Shown: positions 29,101 to 41,427 of the stretch, in pieces
Position numbering within the stretch: the first letter of the stretch is position 1
Layout: the number at the start of each line of letters is the position of its first letter
Assembly (NCBI GenBank): GCA_002104945.1
Contig: MCFH01000013.1
Span: 248,001 to 312,000 of the forward strand
Direction: 5' to 3'
DNA: 64,000 nt
Source: Piromyces finnis finn
Taxonomy: Eukaryota > Fungi > Neocallimastigomycota
Notes under the pieces: model-generated
The model's input: the letters and a program-made list of their open reading frames with translations, nothing else
Told to the model about the DNA's origin: nothing
Database searches by the model: none
Made by a program: the position numbers and the translations under genes

Positions 29101-30210
29101 TCTATATCAAGAGAATTACCACCAACACCGCCAGCCGCCATGAAAAAAAGTGATAAAGCTGATTATCTCCATCATTTATCTCCACTTTCCCTTAATAATA
29201 GTAAAAATGGTGGCTTGAATTCACCACTATCACCACTTTCTCAACGTCCTCTCCTCTCCCCGGCTACACCCACTCGTCCAAATCTTAGATCACAACAAAA
29301 TTTCACCACCAATAGTGCTGTTGGTAATACAAGTTTTAATGCAGGAAATCAAAGCTTTTATTATCAATCTCCCTTGGCCGATAAAAATGCCATTATTCAG
29401 CCAATGAATAAGGAGGATGCTATAAAGAATCCAATTAGAGCAGTAGCATGTGATTTAAAAATGGCTGCCTCTAAATGGAATCATAAAGATAATCTCATTA
29501 TTGATAAAGCAGACATTATTGCGCAAAAATTAGATGAACTATCGTATTACAATCAAGTGATTCGTAGTAATCCTTCAGCAAAAAAGATGTTAATTCGAAC
29601 AGCACAAGATATGATGAATCATTGCACCAGTATATTAAACTATGCCAAAGAGATATGTGAAACTTGTACCGATAAACGATTAAAGCTTCAACTTCTTAAT
29701 ACAGTAGAACGTATTCATACCATTGGACAACAGTTAAAGGTTGTAGTTGCCGTCAAATCTGGAAGTCGATTTGATATGGATGGAGATAAACAACTTGTGA
29801 CCTGTGCCAGCAATTTAGTTGAAGCCGTGAAAAGTTTATTAAGTGATTCTGAGGCTGCCTGTCTTCGATCAAACTTTATGCAGCAAAAATTGGAAGAAGA
29901 AGAAGAAGAAAAAGAAAAAAAAAGAAAAGAAGCAGATATTAATCAACATGAACAAAATAAGTTGAATAAAGAGCAAGAAATAAAAGAAGCTATTCAACAT
30001 CAACGTCAACAACACCACCAACAGGAAGAAGAAAAGACAGAAATTCAATATTCTCAGGAACAACAACAGCAAGAAGAAGAAGATACCAATGCATCTCTTC
30101 ATGAAGTCATTGAAGCATCACCATCAATATCAACAAAAGAAAATAACATTTCCCTATCCAAATCTGAAGATTTTATTCTACCTCAAGATATTTATGATAA
30201 TATTTCATAA
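26110..30210 (+). CDS. Vinculin/alpha-catenin family protein, multi-exon
   Basis: The N-terminus RILSPIVEVISELIILNEE..FPDITNFANAVSKQIKQVV resembles the vinculin head. A Pro-rich hinge ELPPTPPA follows. The C-terminal NPIRAVACDLKMAASKWNHKDN..AKEICETCTDKRLKLQLLNTVERIHTIGQQLKVV..LVTCASNLVEAVK matches the vinculin tail helical bundle (KWSSKGND, CTDKRIR, ERIPTISTQLK). Confidence 0.85.
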
Positions 30211-30900
30211 AAAGAAATATATATGTATGATCATCCATATGATGCTAATAGTATTATCAATGATAAAAATAGGAATTCAAAAAAAAAAAAAAAGTAGGGA
30301 TAACAATTTACCATTATTAAAAAAAAATAAATATATGTATTTATTTTTTGTATAAATACAATATAAATTATTAAAAATAGTAATATAAACATGATAAACA
30401 TTCTATTATTATTACTTTTAAATAATAATAATAATAAATTGTAAAAGATTACAAAAAAAAAAAAAAAGTAAAAAAAAAATTAAATAAAAAAAAAATTAAA
30501 AAATAAAAACATTTTTTATCCTTTATAATTTGTAAGATTATAATTATTAATACGCATAATGCATAGAATCGAATGATAAATTTTATGAAATAAACTTTAA
30601 AATTTTATTAATAATTCTAAAACATAAAATAAATAGGTAGATTTATCTCTACCTGTTTATTTAAAAATACCCTTTGTAAAGGAATATTTTTTTTTTTTTA
30701 TTATTATTATTTTAGATTTTAGTTATTTAAAGTTATATATAATTAAATTAAAAAAAAAAAATAAAATTTTTTAAAAAGGATAGATAAAATAAAAAAAGGA
30801 TTTCTTATTATAAATATCATAGAAATGTGAATTAAAAAATAAAACAATATTATATTTTTTAATAGGAATACATTTTAATGGTAGTCACAATCTTATCTCT

Positions 30901-31932
30901 TTACCAATTATCATAATTGTATAAACGACGAAATCTAGCATTATTTTCAAGGTTTCGATAATCAACTATTTTTTTTTTAAAAAAATAGTAATAAATATAT
31001 AAAAAAAAAAAAAAAAAGTATTAACATAATAATAATAATAATAATATATATATTTAAAAAAATAATCTTGTAGAATGAAAATAAAAAAAAAGTAAATAGT
31101 ATATATATTCATACATGCAACAATATCCGATGGAATAGGATAATTTAATATATTTTGATATTTTCTTTCTGATATATCAAAATTATCAAGGAAATAAAGG
31201 AAATATTTCATGGTATAGTAAGCATCATTACCTATATATTAGAATTTAATTCATTAAAAATAAAAAATTTAAATGTTATTTTAATTAATTATTAAAAAAA
31301 TTATTATTATTTAAGTAGATAAAGAAATTAAAGTAATTTACCAGCATTATGTAAACAACGATAGTTAATATTACAACGTTTTAATCCATCTTCCAATCCA
31401 TGAGGAGAATCTAAGAAAAAAGCGGTATACACATCTCTAATTTCAATAATACCCTTACCATTAGGGTTAAAATATTGGAAATCATATCCAGTCATAAATC
31501 TAAATTGAAAGTTATTAACTTTACTTTTAAAATAATCAACATCATAGTTAATACTCTGACCCACAATAAACTAACCGTTTTTAAATCATTGACAAATTCT
31601 TTTTCAATTTCATCTAAAGACTGATGATCTGAAGAAAAGATGCAATTATCCTTATTATCAGGAACATTATCTTTATTACGTAAAGAATAATATTCCTTTA
31701 CAATCCCATGTTTTTGTTTAATAATTTCACCATTCTTTTTGAAAATAACCCATCCCAATTCAGTAAGTTTAGTTTTATCTTTTTCATAGGCTTCTGTATC
31801 AAAAGACATAAATAATGTATCATTACCAACGACAGTTTTAATTTTATTAACAAATTTAATATTGTATTGTAAGGTTTTAATTTTTGCCTTTCTAATTCTG
31901 TCTGTTTTTCCACGGATTAATGAACTGTTCAT
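30901..31932 (-). pseudogene. DEDDh exonuclease-like protein (Gfd2/YDR514C-like) with a 1-nt frameshift; either a pseudogene or a sequencing error
   Basis: ExoI-like SFDTEAYE and TELGW lie in ORF 31492..31992. FIVGQSINYD and the spliced LHNAGNDAYYT lie in a different frame (31328..31564 plus the exon from about 31231). The frames join by adding one base at about 31568-31572. The last exon ends ...RRLYNYDNW* at 30901. Confidence 0.7.
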
Positions 31933-34900
31933 TTTAATATATAATAATTTTTCTTTAATAGTTGTAACAAAAAAAAAAAAGGAAATATTCAATTATTTAT
32001 ATATTTTTATAAAAAATAATAATTTAATTAATACTAATAATTAAATAATAAAGCAATAACGTTATATGTTTATTCTGTTATAAATAGATATGGTCATAAT
32101 AATAATTTATTAATGTCCAAGTCCTTTTTTTTAATATTATAAATTAATAATAATTAAAATTTTCATTGCTACGTCCATACCTAAAATAACCTTAAATAAC
32201 CTACCATTAAACTTTTTTAAAAAATTAATTTAATTTTTTAATGTTCTAAATGGTGACATTAATTATTAATAAATTATGGATAATTGTGTATAATAAATAA
32301 ATATATAAAAAAAACAAGTAAAACGACCATTTTCATTAAACTTTAATTACTACTACTTTTTTTTTTATTGTTATTATGATATGGCTAAATAGAGAACAAT
32401 TATACTAATTGAAAATTACTTTTTTTTTATATTCAATGTCAATAGTCTATTAAAAGTAACAATAATATTTTTTTTTTATTTTTAAAATATTATTAATATT
32501 AAATAGACCTAATACTCCATTAAGGATTTAGGCTCGTAATATATTGATATTAATCAAGATGAAGAATATTTACAAATAAAAATAATAACATTTTAATTCA
32601 GTACTTTTGATCATTATTGTTGCTCTAATTATTTTATATTTCATGGATATTAATAAAATAAAAAACTGATGTAATTAAAGTATATTAATAAGCCTAGTAA
32701 ATACAACAAATTTAGTTTAAAAATTTAGTTTTAAAAACACCAAAAGTTAAAACTTTGAATAATTAAAAAAAAAAAAGCATTATTTAAAGAAATTACTCCT
32801 TTTTATAAATATTGAATTTATAAAGTATTTTAATCATTTTTATTCTCGCATAAATTATTTTCAAATTTTAGTTAATGAAAGTCTTTAATTATATAAATAT
32901 AATATTATAACATTTATAATATTTCCATTCCACTTTGTATTAGTATTATTTACTATTATTATTACTTACTATTATTATTATGATATATTAATTATTGCTG
33001 TTAACCTCTATTATTACTTACTATTATTATTATGATATATTAATTATTGCTATTAAATACTATTATTAACCCGTTGTTCAATTTTTTCATTCTTCAATCC
33101 ATTTATTACATTTCTAACAATGCAATACATACGTATACATGTATGTAATATGAAATGTATTTCAATTTCAATAATGTTAAATTTAAAAAAAGGTAACTTC
33201 TGTATATGAAATTTTTTTAAAAAAAAATATTTTTAAAATTTCCATATTATTATATAAATGAATTTCTAACTTTATTTCATATTATTTTTTCAATTTTTAA
33301 TTCATTTGATCATCTGTTAATTAATTTAAATAATTTATATTTAATTGTAACACTTTGCATAAATTAATATAAATAAAACATATATTACAGTATATTGAAA
33401 AAATAGAAAAATAAATCGAGACATATATTTGTACCACTTTGAAATTTTTGGTTGAATCTATGATCCACTAAGCCTTTCAATTCTAATATAGGATAACAAT
33501 ATATTAAGGGATGGATGTTTGGATGTTAGCCACCTTTTTTCATATTGTTTGTGTAACAATTGTTGCTTTTTATGATTAAAAAATTAATATATATAAAATT
33601 AAAATGATAATATAATTTAATTAAAATAAATATATTGATGTATAATATTTAATTTATATTGAATTAATTTTTATAAGGTTTGATGTAACATTTTCCAAAA
33701 AAAGAAAAAAATATATTAATTAAAAAAAGATTAAAATAGTTTTTTTTAAATAAAATGGAAAAAAAAAAAAACTTGTCAATTATAATAGTTGACTTTTACT
33801 ATCCTCACATCCATTATTATCATAACAAAGGGAGTATTTTGTTGACATGAGGATAATAAAGAATTTTATCAAAAGTATATTTTAATTATATTCAATGTGG
33901 AAATATTTTATTTCATAGTGCTCTTTATTGTCATCACCACATACAAATTATATAATGATGCATGCCTATTTCCTATTTTATTACATTAATAACAATAAAA
34001 ATAAAAATAATAATGAATATATTAAGTTATTATAAATCCAAAATAGTAAAATAATAATAATTTTAGTTCTGAATAATAATAATATTATTAAAAAAACTTT
34101 AATTATTATAAAAAAAAGTATTTCATTAGGTATATGTTAATAAAAAAAAAAGTTAGATTTTTAATTAATATTTGTCATAATGATGATGTTAATGTTGAAA
34201 ATGAATAAACTTTTTATTATGTAAATATAAACAGTAAAAATCATAAAGTTTTTGTATATGTTGTAGAATAAAATGAGATATATATAAAGGTATTTTTTTT
34301 CTTTACCTTTAGGTAGTACTGTTTATATACTAATATTTTTTTTTAAAAAAATCTCTTAAAATTTCTATTTTATAAACCATTATAATAATTTTAATACTAT
34401 TAAGAGTGATAAGTAAATGTCAATTATTTAAAATTTATTGTCTCTAAAGATTTCTGTCATTTTGATGTTTTTTTTTTCAAACATCTACTTTTTAATAAAT
34501 TATTAAAATAAAATAAAAAAAATATAAAATAATTTAACTCATCTCTATTTATTTATAAAAAAAATGATTTATTCTGTCTCTAATACAATGTAACTAGAAG
34601 TTTTTTTTTTAAAAAAAAAAAAGAAAAAGAAAAAACAACTTTTATAAAGTTAATGCAAAGAGTAATTGTTATCCAATCATCTCAAAGTATTTCCTTTTTT
34701 ATTATAATTAAAACTTTAGGTTTTCCAAATAAAATGGTAGGAAGGAACAAGCTAAAAAGTTTTCATTTAGCATTAATGAATTGGTATTGTTTTTTTTTTT
34801 TTTTTTTTTTTTTCTAATTATTCACATTCTTTTAATTTTCTTTTCTCATTTAGTTCTCTTATCATTATTCTTTTTGTAAAGGCGAGTTTCTATATTAATA

Positions 34901-36535
34901 AAGGATTAAAAATTTATTTATTATAATTTAGAATTTCTCTCGATTTTATTGGTTTTTATTTTAAGAATAATAATAAAAATTGTAAAAGTTTTTTTTTAAT
35001 TAAATTAATGGTTTTTTTAATAATAAAACTTTTTTAAAAAAAGAAAAGATTCTAAGAAAAAAAGATGATTTCTTTTGTATGTAAAATTATAAAAGTGTTT
35101 TTATATATATTTAACAAGCATTTTAAATATGTTAACTACTCTTTATGCGAAAAAAGAATTCCTGTAAAAAAAAAAAAAAAGAGAGAGAAAAATTTACATT
35201 TTAAAAAATATAATAAATAAGGTTTGTTTTTTCAATTATTATTTAAAACATTTTATTTAAAAAAAAAATAAATAAAATGAAATACCTTTTTTTCATAATA
35301 TAAGAAATTTTTAATTAAATAACTTTATTTAAATTGTTGGTTAGAAGAAGTTAAAAAAAAAAATATCAAAATGACTTACCAAGATGAATTATCAAAACTA
35401 AACTAATGATTTTTATAATTAAAAAGAATATTTATTATATTAGTACTGCTAATAAATATTTAATGGTAAGAGTATTAAATAAAGAGTAATTGTTGGTTAA
35501 TATTTAATGCATTAAAAAAAAAAACTTTTTCTATATTCCTCTTTTGATTTTTAAAATCCTTGTCATAAAAAGTGTAATGAATAATAAAAAATTATATATA
35601 ATAATAATTATAATATTTATTAATAAATGTTGAATAATTTTATTTTATAATAAATAATATTTATCTATGAGTATTTATTATTATTTATATTATTAATTAA
35701 TTAATTATTTATTTATTAATTATTTATTTATTTATTAATTATTTATTTATTTATTTACTTTTTAATAATTTTAATTTAATTTTGAACCCTCATTTTATTA
35801 TTATTAAAACTTTAAAAAAATTGACAAAAAATATAAATAAACTTTGTCACACCAAAATTTTAATAGTTAACGTTTTATTTTTTGATGTTATTGTACTCCT
35901 ATCTATTTTATATTAAAAATCACTTTTTAATATAATTATTTGTATTAAATATGCTATTTATAATATATTACAAGTCTATTTTAATTTTAATATAAAAAAA
36001 CAAAAAACTTTAAAAATATTAATTTATATATAACATCAAGTTTGTTTCAAAATATATTACATTTTATTACATTTTTAATGTAAATAGTATATTAAATATA
36101 TTAAAATAGACTATTTTTCTCTCATTTAATTTATTTAATATATGTAAAAAAATTCTATTGATGATTGAAATTCTTTTAAAAATTTAATAAAATTTTAAAT
36201 TAAATGAATATAAATCTACTTTATTAAAAATATATTATAAACTATGTATAATAAATATATTAATTTAATAATATCCATAGATTTATGATAAAGAATAAAA
36301 AGTGATAATAATAAATTTTATCATCGCTACACTATTTTATATATATTATATTAGAAATTATTTATATATTTAATTATAAAATCTAATATAATAATTACAA
36401 CAGTCCAATAATAAGAAATCAAAGGAATAATACTAATAAAAAAATAGTATATAAGCAAAAAAAAAAACTTTTTTTTTTTAAAATTAAATTATAAAATAAT
36501 TTTGTTTTTTAAATTAATAATAAAGAATAATCAAC

Positions 36536-37125
36536 ATGCAATTCAAGTACGTTTTATTAGCTGCTGCCGCTGCCGTCGCCGTTAGTGCTGAAACCAGCCA
36601 AGGTAAATTATTTATTAAAGATATAGAGTCATTTAAAAAGGATTTTAATGGATATTAACGATAAAAATAAAATATACATTATAAAATAAATTAGAATGTA
36701 TTGTTAACAACAAGTGTGACAGTGATGTCGCTTGTATTGCCAAGTGCTTCAACGTTCCAGCTCCAACTTATAAGCAAGTTAACGAAGCTACTTCTTGTAT
36801 TGAAGATTGTAAGGGTAACGCTGCTTGCTACACTGACTGTATCAACACTTACTTCATGGGTAACAACGGTAACACTTACACCGATGGTTCCGCTAATGCC
36901 CCAGAAAACACTAATGCTTCTGCCACCACTGAAGCTGCTGCTACCGCTACTGCTACTGATGCTGCTGCTTCTGCCACTGCTACTGGTGCTCTTAGCAACG
37001 TTGTTGCCGGTAACAGTACCGTTGCTGCTAACAACACTACCACTACCACCACTAGTGGTGCTGGTCGTACCGTCGCTGCCTCTCTTAGTGCTCTTGTTCT
37101 CTCCGCTGCTTACTTATTACTTTAA
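36536..37125 (+). CDS. Small secreted, probably GPI-anchored, 8-Cys protein with Ala/Thr-rich stalk, about 165 aa
   Basis: Exon 1 (36536-36602) encodes the signal peptide MQFKYVLLAAAAAVAVSA. Exon 2 (36695-37125) encodes ECIVNNKCDSDVACIAKCFNVPAP..SCIEDCKGNAACYTDCINTYF, a T/A-rich stalk and the hydrophobic C-terminus SGAGRTVAASLSALVLSAAYLLL*. Codon usage is strongly GCT/GCC/AAC biased. Confidence 0.85.
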
Positions 37126-39191
37126 GTAAATTATATATTTAACAAAATAGATATATATATAATAAATATTATATATATACTTAGAAAGTATCATCTTGTA
37201 AATAAGTATGACACATTAATTAAATAACCAAATGGTTGATTATTTTTTATTAACTAATAGAGTATACAATAAATAGAACTCTAAAAAAATATATTTATAT
37301 ATAATGATTATAAAATATAACCATACGCCTTAAAAATCTAAAGGTTAAAAAAAAAAAAAAGAATTTGAAAATTATTAATTTAAAAAAAAAATAAATTAAA
37401 TAAATTATAAAAAAAATTAAATAATAATTAAAAAAAATACTTATTGTAATGAATATAATTGTGTGTGAAAGCTTTATTATAAAGAAGTAATTATATAAAA
37501 TTTTAATAGTTATATTGTGGTATATGTTCCTTTGCTATTTTTAGCACGATATACCTTTTGTGTAGTTCAAAAGTTGAAATTCCATTCAAGAACTAACATA
37601 GTTTTATTCAATAAATTTAAACTGGCCAAATACAAAAAAAGTATGAATATTATGGTAAGCAATACTTAAAGTTTCGTTGCCATTTTGGTACGATATATCT
37701 TTATTTGGACGAAACATTCATAATGTTTCGTACGACTCCATATTAATATAAAATTTCTTGAAAATGAAAAAATATAAAGAATTTACTGAACGACATCTCA
37801 CTCTTTGATATTACTTTTATTATTTCATTTAATTTATTAGGTGGAGTACAAATGGTAGAGTTCATCGAACTATTGTGCCTCTATAATAATTTTTATATTT
37901 CATTTAATATTTTTTTTTTTTAAAAGAAATTAAAAAAAAAATATAAAATCATGGAATTATCAAGGAATTTAATATTCCTTTTATACCAAAATAGGTAACT
38001 TTTAACAAAGAATTAAAGTTTTATTATTAAGTTTAATATAAAATTATTAATGTTGAATTGTTTGTGTGTTGAATTCCATCCTTTCCATTGCAATTGAATA
38101 TAAAAAAATTAGATATATAATTTACATTATATTTTAAAAAGATATTTGTTAATAACTATGACAAATCTTGGTACCAATTATATGATTATTTATTTAAATG
38201 ATAAATATTAAACCCTTAATATAGAGTATATCATTATAAAAATTATTTATTCTTTAGAATTAAATAATAAATTAATTTATACTTAATATTACTGTTTTTT
38301 TTTTTTTCTTTTTTTTTTTGGTTTTTGTTAATAAACTTCGTTAAAGTACACACACAAAATGTTTAAGATTAAAATAAAAATCTACACAAGATGGAAGTAT
38401 TGAAAATTAAAAAAAAAAAAAAAGTTTAATCCTGGGTTGAAGTAAATTGTAATGTTTTTTCTTGAATTACAATTTTCATTCTTATAAATGTACTTATGAT
38501 TCATAATAACTAACTAATAAATATATTGATGGTCTTATCCTCAACTGAATTTTGTACTGATATTTATAAATTGTCATTTATTTTTTGGTAGACATTCATA
38601 TATGCATTGTGTAGTAAAACAATAAGTGATACTATGTAAAAGTCGGTAATGAATATAGATTAATAAAAAAAGAGATGAAAAAACTTGGGATATAGAAAAT
38701 TTTTGTGGTACGATAGAATTTATTATTTTTACCGTTTTCAAGTATTATTATAATTTTTATCATCTAATGTTATTTTAGTTACGTTTATTCAAAACATAAA
38801 AATGTAAAAAAGGAAGATATATTTGCTTTTTAAATTTATCATTATTTTCTTTATTTTTTTTTTTTTTTGTTGTGTGCTTGGTTATCCCTTTAATAAAGGT
38901 TATTTAAAAATTAAAAGTCATGAAAAAAAAAATAAAAATAAATAACTAAACAGGACATTTATTGAAAATTAAAATTAATTAATATATTTAATGAAAATTA
39001 AAATAGGAATAATATAAATATAATATAAATATAGGTTAATTATTTAATATAAAAGTGTTATTAATTTTTATTTATATTTTTTTAAAAAAAAAAAAAAAAA
39101 GATTAAAGTATAATTAAAATACAATGATTATGTTTTAGTAAAATCCTAGCCTTTTTACTTTTAACTAAAAATGCCTAGAATATAAGTTACC

Positions 39192-39226
<35 letters not shown>

Positions 39227-40065
39227 ATAGTCATTTTTATTTATTATTTAAAATTTTAAATATCATAATAAAGATTTTAACAGCCTTTAAAAAATAAAAA
39301 CTTTCGATTTTTTTTCCCATATCTCTTACGTTGTGAGACTTTTGAAAACCGAAACGATAATAATATTCCACAAGAAATTATTATCGACTTCCTACTCTGC
39401 AATTTTTAATGAACCTTTGTTAAAAATAATACTATTTGCAATAATTCTAATAATGAAAAGTTTAATTCCTTAAATTTGAATAATTCTGTTAGTTTAAATA
39501 GTAATTTAGTTCATAATAGTTCTAAACATTCAATAAATATTAATGTGTATAATTATTTTAGTTTGACATTCAAATATATATATATATAAATTTCTTTTTG
39601 AAGAAAGTTTTAATAATAAGGATAATTCGAGAGAATGAAAAAAACTTAAAGTGTCAAATTATACTAGATACTTTGAAAAGTATCTCTATTTTTGATGTTC
39701 CCTACAAAAATATATTAATCAAAAACTCACCATGTTTTTAACCTATATAAAATGAAAAGGCCACTTTTTATTTTTTTCACACAATAAAATTATGAAAAAC
39801 AAAAGATGATAGGAAAAAAAAAAAAAAAAAATCAATTTATTTTTATAATTTATTTTAATAGATAGTTTATTTTCTTTTAAATATAAATATATAGGTTTAT
39901 TTTAATCAAAATTTACAATTCTTAAATACAATAAATAAATACGGTATATACAATATTCATATATTAAAAATATGATTTGGGTATGATTTAATTTTTTTTT
40001 TTTTCTTAAAAAAAAATTAAAAGTTAGATGGTTGGAAAGGTTGTAAGGGGTAGAGATGGGAAATA

Positions 40066-41427
40066 TTAAAATAATGAAATGGTAACAATTAATGCCACAA
40101 TAAACATGAGACTAAAACGTTCTGAATGGCCTTTTCCTTCATATCCAGTATTCTTTTCATTATAGATATCTTTTCCTAAAAATTCCATAGTATTTGTTAT
40201 TTTGAATGAATAAAAATGATCCTTTTCGTAAAAACTATAATTATCCAATATTTCACTTATATTTTCCGGGGTAAAGTAAGAAAGAGGTTCTTCTTCTTCT
40301 TCTTCTTCAAAATCACAGTTTGATTGAAAATCTTTAACAAATCTATAGCTAAAGAATGGATATTTATATATGTCTCTATTATGTCTATGCTGTTTACACA
40401 ATATATATTTGGCATCCTGTCCCTTAAGATTTTTAATGGATAAATCAATATTTTTACTGTGGCCTAATACATAATGTAAAGAATAATAATCTTTAACAAT
40501 AATGAAAATCATAATAGCTGTATTACCATCATCATCAATTGGTATATTGAAATCGCAATCTAATTTCACTAATTCAATAATGGTACGATAATAATTTTCA
40601 CAATACTCTTCCTTTCCTTCGGTATATAAATTTTTAAGGAGAAGAGATAAAACCGATTCATGATATGGATTGATATAGTTTATCCTACAATTTCTTTTCC
40701 CTATATAATGAATACCTTTATAGTCTCCATTTTCAGCTAAATACATCGCAGCCGTTTTTTCTTGAGTATCCCTAACATTCACATTTATATTTCTAACTCT
40801 GCTTAAATATTTGATTGGCTTTAATAAATGATTCTTACAACAGTAGATAAGTACAGATTCATTATTGTAATTTAAATGATTGATATCAATATCTGAATCT
40901 AATAATTCCTTGAAACTTGACATAGTATTGACAGCATGAAATAATGCCGTTTCTCCATTATTATCCGACATATTTAATGAGTTACCATCAGAAATGAAAT
41001 ATTTAACGGCAAATAATAATTTCGGATCTTGAACGGCATACATTAAAGCCGTCATTCCATATTCATCTTGAACACAAGAGTTTATATTCAAAGGTAATAA
41101 CCATTTTATAGCGTATTTATTTCCAATTCTACAAGCTCTAATTAATATATCACTATTTTTTAAAGTTTCTAAAACATTAGCAAAGGCTTCATGCATTAAA
41201 ATTTTCCTTATAACACAAAGTTTTTTGTTATTGGAAGTTTTTGTTTCAATAACAATACGATATATTTCATATATAAAATTTTGTATAGCTTGAATGTTTC
41301 TTTTTTCATTGAAAAAGGTTTTAATTAAAACCTTATTGGCGTTAATTGATTTTACCGCTTTCTTGGTGGAAGAATTGTTAAAATCAATAACATGTTCTAT
41401 TTTAAAATTTTCAAATTCCATTTTCAT
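40066..41427 (-). CDS. Ankyrin-repeat protein, single exon, with a possible C-terminal transmembrane anchor
   Basis: 453-aa ORF with ANK motifs DEYGMTALMYA, DNNGETALFHA, KTAAMYLA and DDDGNTAIM. It ends FSLMFIVALIVTISLF. Confidence 0.85.
   Translation of the reverse strand: MKMEFENFKIEHVIDFNNSSTKKAVKSINANKVLIKTFFNEKRNIQAIQNFIYEIYRIVIETKTSNNKKLCVIRKILMHEAFANVLETLKNSDILIRACRIGNKYAIKWLLPLNINSCVQDEYGMTALMYAVQDPKLLFAVKYFISDGNSLNMSDNNGETALFHAVNTMSSFKELLDSDIDINHLNYNNESVLIYCCKNHLLKPIKYLSRVRNINVNVRDTQEKTAAMYLAENGDYKGIHYIGKRNCRINYINPYHESVLSLLLKNLYTEGKEEYCENYYRTIIELVKLDCDFNIPIDDDGNTAIMIFIIVKDYYSLHYVLGHSKNIDLSIKNLKGQDAKYILCKQHRHNRDIYKYPFFSYRFVKDFQSNCDFEEEEEEEPLSYFTPENISEILDNYSFYEKDHFYSFKITNTMEFLGKDIYNEKNTGYEGKGHSERFSLMFIVALIVTISLF

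Noticed and set aside
32957-33051. 43-bp direct duplication with 52-bp period
   Set aside because: It is low-complexity ATT-rich sequence, best explained by local slippage.
33420-33560. Minus-strand KRWLTSKHPSLNILLSYIRIE, faintly like a MULE transposase C-terminal motif
   Set aside because: Too short, with no DDE core or terminal inverted repeats found.
37500-37890. GC-richer patch with a degenerate 30-bp direct repeat (about 37530 and 37676) and an exon-like WSTNGRVHRTIVPL*
   Set aside because: No frame gave a recognisable protein and the repeat identity is too low to support a call.
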